This document shows, in pieces, positions 38,966 through 47,694 of a stretch of DNA of 64,000 bases; the first letter of the stretch is position 1; each line of letters begins with the position of its first letter. This stretch comes from Hydrurus foetidus. Taxonomy: Eukaryota. Made by a program: the position numbers and the translations under genes. The stretch spans positions 372,001 through 436,000 of the forward strand of contig UYFQ01000032.1 in assembly GCA_900617105.1 (NCBI GenBank), given 5' to 3'. The notes under the pieces are model-generated. The model was not told where the DNA came from. It saw only the letters and a list, made by a program, of their open reading frames with translations, and did not search any database.

Positions 38966-40246
38966 CTCGTATATTCAATCCGCCGAGCAGTTAAGCTTGA
39001 ATTGTTTGATTGAACAGGCTGGGTCGGGAGAGGCTGGCAAGACTTTGAGCATTGAAGCTCGTGGGTCAGATAAGTCCCCCGATCCATTATTCGTTCCATC
39101 AAAGATCGAACGGTAACTTGGGCCGCTGCCTTGTGCTGGTGAGCCCGCATACGAGGTGGATCATGAATGGTAACGAAGCTCCTGAATCAAGCATTTTGGC
39201 AACGACTGACGTGCATGTGGGTATCGATGTATCCAAGCTCAAACTTGATGTCGCACGCCTGCGGCATGGGAAGTTTCGAAGCAAGGTGTTCAGTAACAAT
39301 GTTGCAGGGTTCAAAGCACTTGTAGCGTGGCTACTTGAAGATGGCGTGACGCTCAGCCAAGCGCACCTGTGTTTAGAAGCCACAGGCCCCTACAGCGAAG
39401 CATTGGCCGTTTGGCTGTGTGATGCTGGATGGCGAATCAGTGTGGTCAATCCAGCCCGTGTGAAGGGATTTGCCCAAAGCGAGCTGACACGGAACAAAAC
39501 TGACAAAGCAGACGCCGCCTTGATTGCACGGTTTTGCGCCGCGCTTGCGCCCGAACCATGGTGCCCACCCAGCATGGCCATTCGCCAGCTGCGCAGCTTG
39601 GTAGAGCGGCTGCAAGCGCTCAAAGACATGCACCAGCAAGAAGTTAACCGCATGGAAGCTGCTCATGCAACGGGCGACAAGCTAACGCAGACCTACATTC
39701 GCGAGCATGTGGTCTATCTGGAGGCCGCGATCAAGACACTGCAAAAGGCCATTGACGACCACATTGCGGGCGAGCCTCAATTGCACAGTGATGCCCAGTT
39801 GCTCGCCAGTATCCCAGGCATAGGGGCAGTGACGCTTGCCAAAGTCATGGCTTATGCTGGCAATGTTGAGCGTTTTACCAGTGCAAAGGCCCTCAGTGCT
39901 TTTGCCGGTGTATGCCCTCAGCAACGGCTGTCAGGCACCAGCGTAAAGGGGCGCAGCATGATCAGCAGGCGTGGGCATGAGGATTTGCGCCGTTCGCTGT
40001 ACATGCCTGGCATGGTGGCACTTCGTTACAACCCGCTGGTTCAGGAAATGGCGCTGCGCTTGAGAGCAAAAGGCATGGCCCCCAAGGCCATCATTGCTGC
40101 GGCGATGCATAAATTGCTGCATTTGATCTACGGCGTTTTGAAAACGCGCAAACCGTTTGATGCGAACTGGGCTAAAAATACCGCCACCTTGATGGCAGAT
40201 TCCGTCATTTTTTCAGTCAGAACTGTTGACTTTCAAGACGGTATCT
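38966..40246 (+). mobile_element. IS110-family (IS621-like) insertion sequence bounded by CT cores
   Basis: Left ACAAGAC|CT|CGTAT, right ACGGTAT|CT|GACCCC; the joined ends form TTGACT-17-TATATT. Confidence 0.88.
38980..39162 (+). ncRNA. Putative IS110 bridge RNA (ends approximate)
   Basis: Noncoding left end with two stem-enclosed loops carrying matches to the target (GCAAGACTT, GGGTCAGA) and donor (ACGGTAACT, ATACGAGG). Confidence 0.75.
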
Positions 40247-40248
40247 GA
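39163..40248 (+). CDS. IS110 family DEDD recombinase/transposase
   Basis: GIDVSK, LEATG, KTDKADA, SIPGIG, SG serine motif, LYMP. Confidence 0.95.
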   Translation: MNGNEAPESSILATTDVHVGIDVSKLKLDVARLRHGKFRSKVFSNNVAGFKALVAWLLEDGVTLSQAHLCLEATGPYSEALAVWLCDAGWRISVVNPARVKGFAQSELTRNKTDKADAALIARFCAALAPEPWCPPSMAIRQLRSLVERLQALKDMHQQEVNRMEAAHATGDKLTQTYIREHVVYLEAAIKTLQKAIDDHIAGEPQLHSDAQLLASIPGIGAVTLAKVMAYAGNVERFTSAKALSAFAGVCPQQRLSGTSVKGRSMISRRGHEDLRRSLYMPGMVALRYNPLVQEMALRLRAKGMAPKAIIAAAMHKLLHLIYGVLKTRKPFDANWAKNTATLMADSVIFSVRTVDFQDGI

Positions 40249-40260
40249 CCCCGGCCTTTG

Positions 40261-40347
40261 GGATAACGTGAAGATGACCGAACCACAACAACCTGAGGCG
40301 AAGCCACTTCCTGCTGTTGTGAGCCCGAGTCGATTGGCAAGTTAAGC
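40261..40347 (-). other. Integron attC site
   Basis: Minus strand GCTTAAC-TTGCC-AAT[C]GAC...CACAACA..TGTTGTG...GTCATC-TTCAC-GTTATCC: R''/L''/L'/R' boxes with an extrahelical base. Confidence 0.8.
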
Positions 40348-40806
40348 ATTTGACTTGGGCCATGTGGACGAAAGAGGCAGCGCATCTGGATACGTTGCCA
40401 AAAACCGCTCAGCTTGAACAGCCGATACGCCCACGAGGACGGTAGCCGAACTGTCCCAACACACTATCTCGAAGCACGCTCCTTCCAACTGCGGTCGCAC
40501 CGCTGGCGGTTGCCAAAAATTCGGATTTCCGTCGGCACCCGGTGGAAAAAGCACTTCAAATCTTATTCCCTTCGGAACGGCGCTGAACACACCCCAGATG
40601 AACTGAATATCGTGCGAGAGCATCTTAGAGAGCTCGTCTCCGGTCGCCCAGACGTCACCATCGGCTAAAGCGGGTACAGCGATATTTGTCTCGACGTTAC
40701 TTACAAACCAGTCATATGCAGTAGCTTCAACGCCCATGGCAGTGAGCGTTGAACGCATGTCTGTGTAGAACGACACACGCTCGGAGGATTCGAGTACGAG
40801 GTTCAT
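40342..40806 (-). CDS. Hypothetical protein, integron gene cassette
   Basis: Preceded by GTTAAGC (40826..40832); stop lies in the complementary GCTTAAC; lower GC. Confidence 0.75.
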   Translation of the reverse strand: MNLVLESSERVSFYTDMRSTLTAMGVEATAYDWFVSNVETNIAVPALADGDVWATGDELSKMLSHDIQFIWGVFSAVPKGIRFEVLFPPGADGNPNFWQPPAVRPQLEGACFEIVCWDSSATVLVGVSAVQAERFLATYPDALPLSSTWPKSNA

Positions 40807-40825
40807 GTCGTGTTACTGAGCTGAT

Positions 40826-40845
40826 GCTTAACGCCCAAGTTAGGC
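40826..40845 (-). other. Truncated or internally deleted attC (GCCTAAC-TTGGGC-GTTAAGC)
   Basis: Core motifs between two cassette-like ORFs. Confidence 0.55.
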
Positions 40846-40904
40846 TGGCGAGCGGAGGCACGGTTTTGACCTTGCATTATAAATATTGATTGGTGCGCCA
40901 ATGC

Positions 40905-41513
40905 TCATAACGAAACGACCACTTCCCGACGCTCAAGGGACACACGGTCAAGCCATGATGCTAATAACGAGTAATCGTTTGCACCGAACTCAAGGAAAAC
41001 TCCGCCTACTGCATTGCTGTCATTGAGATTTTCCGCCTTGATGAGGGCTTCTATCGCTGCGGCGTAGTGAACGAACATGGCAATTTGAAATTCAAGCTCG
41101 TCTTGGCTTTGGTAGTCAAGTTTAAGGTGAACGTTGTGAAAGCCTTGCCCAAGAGGAATGGCTAAAACCGCAAAAGTCTTGGGACTTGCAGAGGCAATAG
41201 CGCTGGAGATGAAGCTTGCCAACCTTTCGACGGGCACGATCACCTTGCCTGCCGCTTGCGCAATTTCCTTGCGATTTCGCCAAGTGTCCTTGCCAGCTTC
41301 GCTGATGCCCCCAGTAACGTAGACCGAGGCCGCCCCACCTAAACACTGAATCCACCAGGGCGCTTGCGCGGCCAGCGTGATCCATGAGGGAACCTCCATG
41401 GACTTCATGAAGAACTGCTCTTCACTCACCTCTGCGCGCCACTCAGATGGCAGCATCTCAACCAGATTGTTTAACTCGTCGATCGAGATGTCTGAAGAAC
41501 TTTCAATTTTCAT
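40905..41513 (-). CDS. Hypothetical protein, cassette-like
   Basis: Preceded by GTTAGGC (41548..41554); lower GC; no recognised family. Confidence 0.65.
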   Translation of the reverse strand: MKIESSSDISIDELNNLVEMLPSEWRAEVSEEQFFMKSMEVPSWITLAAQAPWWIQCLGGAASVYVTGGISEAGKDTWRNRKEIAQAAGKVIVPVERLASFISSAIASASPKTFAVLAIPLGQGFHNVHLKLDYQSQDELEFQIAMFVHYAAAIEALIKAENLNDSNAVGGVFLEFGANDYSLLASWLDRVSLERREVVVSL

Positions 41514-41791
41514 ATGCGCTAGATGAATTTCGTTGACGCTCAAAAAAGCCTAACTTCTATGTAGCCGAGCGCCCATCCTGGGATTCCCAAGCCAGACGAC
41601 GAAATAAGCTGAGACATACGGGAGTCGAATCACCATCTCGAGCCGGGAAAAGCAGCTTGCAGCCTTCGTGAAGTCCATGAATCCCGTCTCCTATATTCAT
41701 CTCAATTACCCCGATTGCTAAACCAGCTTTGTGAGGTCTTGCGGTGCAAGCACTATAGCCCGCAAACATGAGGCAATCACTCTTTTCCCCC

Positions 41792-43954
41792 TCACCCACG
41801 CCGCCAGTCATGAAAACGACGCACCCATTCCAGCAGCGCCTTCGGCTGGTGCGCTTTTTTCCACTCCCCCGCAGCGTACTTATTCGCTTCTGACAGCGTG
41901 GGGTAGGTATGGATGGTGCCGAGGATTTTGTTCAGGCCCAGGCCGTGCTTCATGGCCAGCACGTATTCGGCGAGGCCATCCGCCGCATGGGTGCCGACGA
42001 TGGTCACGCCGAGGATGCGGTCTTTGCCGGGGACGGTCAGCACTTTCACAAAGCCTTGGGCTTCGCTGTCGGCCAGGGCGCGGTCTAGGTCGTCGATACC
42101 GTACTTGGTGACCTCGTAGGCGATGCCTTGGGCGGTGGCCTCTTGCTCGTTCAGCCCTACGCGGGCCACTTCGGGGGCGGTGAAGGTGGCGCGGGGGATG
42201 ACGCGGTAGTCCACTTTGAAGGTTTTGAAACTGCCGAACAGCGCGTTCACAGCGGCGTACCACGCTTGGTGGGCGGCGACGTGGGTGAACTGGTAGGGCC
42301 CGGCCACGTCGCCTGCGGCGTAGATGTTGGGGTACAGGGTTTGCAGATACTCGTTGGTCTCGATGGTGCGGTCTGTGGGGATGCCTAAATCTTCCAGCCC
42401 GTAGCCGGTGAGGCGGGCTTTGCGGCCTACGGCGCAAATCAGCGCGTCGAATTCAATACGGATTTCTTGGCTTTTGTGGAGAATCCATAAGCTTTTACAG
42501 CTATCATTTTTATCACAGCGCAGTGCTTGATGATCGGTCAGCACTTGCACGCCGTCCGCTTCCAGGGCGGTGCGGACGAAGGCGGATACTTCATCGTCCT
42601 CGTTCTTCAGCAAGCGCGGGGCTCTCTCTACCTGCGTGACCTGCGCACCGAGGCGGGCAAAGCTTTGTGCGAGTTCACAGCCAATCGGCCCGCCACCCAG
42701 CACCACGATGCGCTGGGGCAGCGCGTCGAGCTTGGCGAAAGCGGCCCACAGCGTGTCGCTGGTGAGGGCATCCACCGCGTCCAGCCCCGGCAGGGCAGGA
42801 ATAACGGGCTGCGCACCGGCGGCGATGATGATGCTGCGCGTGGTCAGGCGCTGGGTGCTGGCGTCGGGCAGGGTGATGTCCACCGTCCAGGGGTTGATGA
42901 TCTTGGCGTGGCCTTGCACCACGTCCACGCCCAGGGCGGTGTAACGGGCCACGCTGTCGTGCGGCTCGATCGCACGGATCACGTCCTCAATGCGCTGCAT
43001 CACCGCTTTGAAGCTGAAGACGGGCGGCGCATCCTGCAAACCATAGCGGCTGGCGTGGCGCATTTGGTGGGCGATTTGGGCGCTTTTGATGAGGGCTTTG
43101 CTGGGGACGCAGCCGTAGTTCAGGCAATCGCCGCCCATCTTGTGCGCTTCCACCAGCGTGACTTTGGCCTTCACCGCGGCGGCGATGTAGGCGGACACCA
43201 GCCCGCCTGCGCCAGCACCGATGACGATCATGTTTCGGTCGAACTGCCGGGGTTTGACGGCCGCCCAGCGCGCATAAACTTTGCGCCGCTGCAGCCACGC
43301 AACGCCCCCGCGTGCCACCAGTGGGAACACGCCCAGCAGCAGCAACGCCCCCAAGAGGCCGGGGCTGAGCACGTCTTTCAGCGAATTCAACTGCGCCAAC
43401 TGCGTGCCCGCATTCACATACACCGCCGTGCCAGCCAACATACCCAGTTGGCTGACGGCATAGAACGTTAGGGGCTTCATACGCGTCAGGCCCATCAGCG
43501 TATTCACCACGAAAAACGGTGCCAGCGGGATGAGGCGCAGCGTGAACAAGTAAAGCGCCCCGTCTTTGGCGACCCCCCGGTTGATCTCGGCCAAGCGCGT
43601 TGCAAAGCGGGCTTCAAGGCTGTCGCGCAACACATAACGGGCCAGCAAAAAAGCAACGGTAGCCCCCAAGCTGGACGCGAACGAGGCGATGAGCAAACCC
43701 CAGCCCAAACCAAACACCGCGCCCCCCATCAAAGTGAGGACGGAAACCCCCGGCAAAGAGAGTGCAGCCACAGCGAGGTACAGCGCGACATACCCAGCGA
43801 TGACTTGCAGCGGCTCGCGGGCATACACCGCCATGAGCTCGGCGTGGCTGTGCTGGAGGTGGGAGAGGGTGAAAAAGCGGCTGGCGTCCAGCATGACGAA
43901 GGCCACGACGGCGCTGGCGATCAGCAGGAACAGAACAATTTTTGGCGTTTTCAT
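41792..43954 (-). CDS. DedA/TVP38 (VTT) membrane domain fused to a class I pyridine nucleotide-disulfide oxidoreductase
   Basis: LSLPG, LRLIPLAPF, SQLGMLAGT; GAGAGG, GGDCLNYGCVPSK, GGGPIG, IHTYPT. Confidence 0.9.
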   Translation of the reverse strand: MKTPKIVLFLLIASAVVAFVMLDASRFFTLSHLQHSHAELMAVYAREPLQVIAGYVALYLAVAALSLPGVSVLTLMGGAVFGLGWGLLIASFASSLGATVAFLLARYVLRDSLEARFATRLAEINRGVAKDGALYLFTLRLIPLAPFFVVNTLMGLTRMKPLTFYAVSQLGMLAGTAVYVNAGTQLAQLNSLKDVLSPGLLGALLLLGVFPLVARGGVAWLQRRKVYARWAAVKPRQFDRNMIVIGAGAGGLVSAYIAAAVKAKVTLVEAHKMGGDCLNYGCVPSKALIKSAQIAHQMRHASRYGLQDAPPVFSFKAVMQRIEDVIRAIEPHDSVARYTALGVDVVQGHAKIINPWTVDITLPDASTQRLTTRSIIIAAGAQPVIPALPGLDAVDALTSDTLWAAFAKLDALPQRIVVLGGGPIGCELAQSFARLGAQVTQVERAPRLLKNEDDEVSAFVRTALEADGVQVLTDHQALRCDKNDSCKSLWILHKSQEIRIEFDALICAVGRKARLTGYGLEDLGIPTDRTIETNEYLQTLYPNIYAAGDVAGPYQFTHVAAHQAWYAAVNALFGSFKTFKVDYRVIPRATFTAPEVARVGLNEQEATAQGIAYEVTKYGIDDLDRALADSEAQGFVKVLTVPGKDRILGVTIVGTHAADGLAEYVLAMKHGLGLNKILGTIHTYPTLSEANKYAAGEWKKAHQPKALLEWVRRFHDWRRG

Positions 43955-44030
43955 AGGGGAGGCCAGCATCGGCCCGGGGCGGTATGTTGCGTACTTTGTC
44001 GCCAGCCTCCACCCTTGGGCTGGCTTTGAA

Positions 44031-44360
44031 TCACTGAATCGCCATGCCCAGCTGGACTTGAATGGCTTTTTCCACAGCGGACATATCACTTTTGGACAAG
44101 GTGTCCAGCTGGCTTTTGAGCCGACTTTTATCGGCCGCCATGATTTGATCGGCCATGGCCTTGCTTGGGCTGCCACCCACCGTCACAGGTGCTTCGCCGG
44201 GGTAATGGCGAGCGGTGCTGCTGCTCAACGGCACAACGACAACCCGTGCCAGATGGCGATTGGCGGCATCGTTGCTGACAATCACGGCGGGGCGTGTTTT
44301 GCGAATCTCGCTGCCCACCGACGGGTCAAACTCAACCCACCAAACTTCACCGCGCTTCAT
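44031..44360 (-). CDS. PemK/MazF family toxin
   Basis: MKRGEVWWVEFDPSVGSEIRKTRPAVIVSND. Confidence 0.92.
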   Translation of the reverse strand: MKRGEVWWVEFDPSVGSEIRKTRPAVIVSNDAANRHLARVVVVPLSSSTARHYPGEAPVTVGGSPSKAMADQIMAADKSRLKSQLDTLSKSDMSAVEKAIQVQLGMAIQ

Positions 44361-44577
44361 CAACCATGTCCTGAGCCAAAGCATTGCACCAAGCCATCGC
44401 CTCGGTTTCCCGCTGCGCATCCGCCGCCATCGCCCTGTAGCCGTCGTCCAGGGCGGTATCCAGGACGAAGGGCTTGAGCAAATCCTCAATGAACTGGCTG
44501 ATCTTGCGCTTGCCAATCGTTCGGTACAAGCCATCGTAGACAGCCTCATCCAGCGTGATGGTCATTTTTTTGTGCAT
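44347..44577 (-). CDS. RHH-type antitoxin
   Basis: KKMTITLDEAVY..L...ISQFIE...GYRAMAAD..RE.EA..W; overlaps toxin start; upstream TATACGTATA palindrome. Confidence 0.82.
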   Translation of the reverse strand: MHKKMTITLDEAVYDGLYRTIGKRKISQFIEDLLKPFVLDTALDDGYRAMAADAQRETEAMAWCNALAQDMVDEAR

Positions 44578-44631
44578 TTTGTTTCCCAAAAACACGCTCA
44601 TTGACGCGGTATACGTATAGCGTGTTTGATT

Positions 44632-45246
44632 TTAAGCTTTTGGACTGAAAGCCCGCCAGCCCCACCAAATCCGCATGGCAATCGTCACCCCGCACAACCC
44701 CGCAAACCCATAGGCCAACGCCGCAAACTGCCCTGGCCACAGGCACATGGCGGTGAAGGCGGCGAGGGTTTCGGTGGCTTCGGTCAGGCCGCCTAAGAAG
44801 TAAAACGATTTGTTGGGGTAGGCGGTGCTGCTCATCCCGCGCTTGGCGGCGATGGTGGCAAAGGCTAAAAAGCTGCTGCCGGTGCCGATGAACGCGGCCA
44901 GCAGCACCGCAGCGGGCAAGGCGTTGTGCGGCGGGTCGGCCACGGCGAAGGCCAGGGGGATGCTGGCGTAGAACAAGAAATCCAGGGTGATGTCGAGGAA
45001 GCCGCCGCTGTCGGTGGGGGTTGAGCACCTGGCGACGGCACCGTCCAGTGCGTCGCACAATCTGGAACTGAATATGGCTATAGCGCCCATCCAATATGCG
45101 TGAAAAGCTATCAAAAACGCAGCAACCATGCCGATACCGAACCCCAGCAAGGTCAACTGGTTGGCGCTGACACCGGCACGGGACAGCAGACGGGCCAGGG
45201 CGTCTACGGGGGGTTTGATGGCGGCGGTGGCAAAGCGGTCGAACAT
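44632..45246 (-). CDS. ynjF: CDP-alcohol phosphatidyltransferase family (YnjF-like)
   Basis: DALDGAVAR...GGFLDITLDFLFY, KSFYFLGGLTEATET. Confidence 0.85.
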   Translation of the reverse strand: MFDRFATAAIKPPVDALARLLSRAGVSANQLTLLGFGIGMVAAFLIAFHAYWMGAIAIFSSRLCDALDGAVARCSTPTDSGGFLDITLDFLFYASIPLAFAVADPPHNALPAAVLLAAFIGTGSSFLAFATIAAKRGMSSTAYPNKSFYFLGGLTEATETLAAFTAMCLWPGQFAALAYGFAGLCGVTIAMRIWWGWRAFSPKA

Positions 45247-45275
45247 GGGTGAAAGGGGTAAATCAGGGGGTTGCT

Positions 45276-45998
45276 TCAGGGCTGAGAAGGGGACGTGAGG
45301 TGCGTCAGGTGCGCAGGGTCGGCCACATCCGCTGCGTCGTGGGTGACGAGCAGCACGGGGATGTGGCGCGAGCGCACGGTGGTAAACAGGTAGCGACGCA
45401 TGCGTTCGCGCAGGGCGGCATCGAGTTTGGAGAATGGTTCGTCCAGCATCAACGCTTGCGGTTGGGCCAGCAGCGCCCGCAGCAGCGCGACGCGGGTGCG
45501 CTGGCCACCGGACAGGGTGGCCGGGTCGGCGTGGGCGAACTGGGACAGCTCCAGGTCAGTCAGCGCTTGGGCGACGGCGGCTTCGCGTTGCGCTTTGGGG
45601 CCGGGGGGAACGGCGAACAGCAGGTTTTCGCGCACGGTCATGTGGGCGAACAGCAGGTCGTCTTGGAACAGGATGCCAACGCGGCGCTGCTCGGTGGGCA
45701 GGGTGTCGATGCGGTGGGCGTTCAGCGTCATCTGGCCTTCGAAGTTGAAGGCCTGGGGCAGCGTGCCGCAGACAGCGGCGAGCAAGCTGGATTTGCCCGA
45801 ACCACTGGGCCCCATCACGGTGTGGACAGCCCCTCTGGGCACATGGAGGTGCAGATTGTGGAGCAAGGCCACGCCCGCCAGAGACAAACACGCGATGTGA
45901 AGGTGCAGGCCATTGGCGTGCAACGCCTCGCCCTGCAAAGCGGGGTGTGGCGCAACAAAGTGGAGGGGGTTATTCGGTTTAAGGGGGTTCATAGACAT
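45276..45998 (-). CDS. ynjD: ABC ATPase (YnjD-like)
   Basis: MGPSGSGKSS, LFQDDLLF, LSGGQR, DEPFSKLD. Confidence 0.82.
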   Translation of the reverse strand: MSMNPLKPNNPLHFVAPHPALQGEALHANGLHLHIACLSLAGVALLHNLHLHVPRGAVHTVMGPSGSGKSSLLAAVCGTLPQAFNFEGQMTLNAHRIDTLPTEQRRVGILFQDDLLFAHMTVRENLLFAVPPGPKAQREAAVAQALTDLELSQFAHADPATLSGGQRTRVALLRALLAQPQALMLDEPFSKLDAALRERMRRYLFTTVRSRHIPVLLVTHDAADVADPAHLTHLTSPSQP

Positions 45999-46008
45999 GA
46001 CATGGCCG

Positions 46009-47694
46009 TTATACAGACCTGAACCGCCGAGGTCGCCCAGCCCACGCCGCCACACCAAACACCAACGCAGGCAACAGCCATTGCAGCCACGCATAGGCGG
46101 CAGTCAACGAACGCTGCGCCCCGCTGGCAAGGGTGACGGCCTCGGTGGTGACGGTGGTGAAGCGACCGGCACCGATGAACAGCGTGGGCAGGTACTGCGC
46201 GACGCTGACCGCAAAACCCACCGCGAACGCCCCCACCAGCGCGGCTTTGAGCAACGGCCATTTGACCTGCCACAGAAACGTCCAGCGGCTTTGGCACAGC
46301 GATGCGGTGATCTGGCCATAACGCGCATCAAAGCCGAGGTAGGCGGGGCGCAGGGCAATCAATACATAGGGCAACGCGGCCAACAGATGCGCCAACCACA
46401 GGCCCAGCCATTGCGCGTCCAGCCCCCAGGCAAGGCACAGGCGGTGCAGGCCAAGCACCCACAGCACGGAAGGCAGCAGCAGGGGGAGGTAAATCCATGG
46501 TCGCAATGCGGCATCCCAACGCGGCGGCGCACATTCCAGCCACGCCACGGCCCACACCAGGGCTGTGGCGCTGCTGCACAGGCCCAAAAGCAGCGTCGTC
46601 CCCAATGTGCCGGTGCTGCGAATGACGGACTGCCACGCCTCCAAGCTGAACGTGGCAGGCCAGAGCTGCGGAAAAGGCCAGACCCCAGCAACACTGCCCA
46701 CCGCCAAGCCCAGCATCACGCAGCCATAAACGAAAACCAATCCCGCCACCCCGTAACGACGGCCATCACAACCACCGCTACTCCCCTCCCCTTCTTGCCC
46801 CCTCTCCCCATCCACACGAACGCCCCAACGCCGCACCACCCCACGCATCCCCCACAGCACCAAAGCCACGCCGCCCACCACCAGCGCCAACACCCAAGCC
46901 GCCGCTGCCCCCTGCGCGTTCACCGCAGCGTCCGCGTCCCCCAGCCACTGCCACGCCAGCAACGCCAGCGTGGGCGGCGAGGTGGGGCCGATCACCACGG
47001 CCATGTCAACCACCGTCAGGCTGTAGGCCAGCACCGCCAACGCGGGCCCTGTGAGGCGGGGCCAGAGTTGGGGCCACAGTACGCGCCACCATGCCGTGCG
47101 GGGCGCATAGCCCAGGCTGCGGGCCACGTCCAGCTCTCGGCTCAGGCGCTGGCCCACATCGGCACGCTGGAGCTGGGTGGCCGCCGCCCAGAGCAAAAAG
47201 GGCACTTCTTTGGCGACCAGCACGGCGATCAAGCCCAAGCCCCAGGGGTCTTGCGTGGTGGGCCAAGGGGGCGGTGCGTCAAAGCCCGTGGCCCAAGGGG
47301 AAAACAGGCGCAGCAAAACGCCGCTGGGGGCGATCAAAAAAGCAAAGCCGATGGCGAACGCGGCATGGGGCACGGCCAGCAGGGGCGACAGGGTTTTGAC
47401 GGTGTACTGCCACAGCGGGCCAGGGAAGCTACGCGACAGCAGCCACGCGGCGCAGGCCACGGCGAGCACGGTGGCCGCCAGCCCCGTCCACAGCGTCATC
47501 AGCAGTGCGCGGGGCAGTTGGGGTTCAAAGACAAGAGCTTGCCACGCGCTGAGGTTCAGCCCTTCAAACGCTGCGAAAAGGGCCACAGCGGCCATCGCGA
47601 ACAACGGCATGGCGATGAACGCGGCCAGCAGCGCAGGAACCAGCGGAACTGCCAGCTTGACGGGCACTTTTACTGGCCGTAGCGGCGCAGCCAT
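46009..47694 (-). CDS. ynjC: Double-domain ABC permease (YnjC-like)
   Basis: LAVPHAAFAIG, KEVPFLLW, FAVSVAQYLPTL..GAGR..TVTTEAV. Confidence 0.82.
   Translation of the reverse strand: MAAPLRPVKVPVKLAVPLVPALLAAFIAMPLFAMAAVALFAAFEGLNLSAWQALVFEPQLPRALLMTLWTGLAATVLAVACAAWLLSRSFPGPLWQYTVKTLSPLLAVPHAAFAIGFAFLIAPSGVLLRLFSPWATGFDAPPPWPTTQDPWGLGLIAVLVAKEVPFLLWAAATQLQRADVGQRLSRELDVARSLGYAPRTAWWRVLWPQLWPRLTGPALAVLAYSLTVVDMAVVIGPTSPPTLALLAWQWLGDADAAVNAQGAAAAWVLALVVGGVALVLWGMRGVVRRWGVRVDGERGQEGEGSSGGCDGRRYGVAGLVFVYGCVMLGLAVGSVAGVWPFPQLWPATFSLEAWQSVIRSTGTLGTTLLLGLCSSATALVWAVAWLECAPPRWDAALRPWIYLPLLLPSVLWVLGLHRLCLAWGLDAQWLGLWLAHLLAALPYVLIALRPAYLGFDARYGQITASLCQSRWTFLWQVKWPLLKAALVGAFAVGFAVSVAQYLPTLFIGAGRFTTVTTEAVTLASGAQRSLTAAYAWLQWLLPALVFGVAAWAGRPRRFRSV

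Noticed and set aside
41792..43954. Mercuric reductase MerA call
   Set aside because: No C-terminal Cys-Cys pair, no HMA domain and no mer genes nearby
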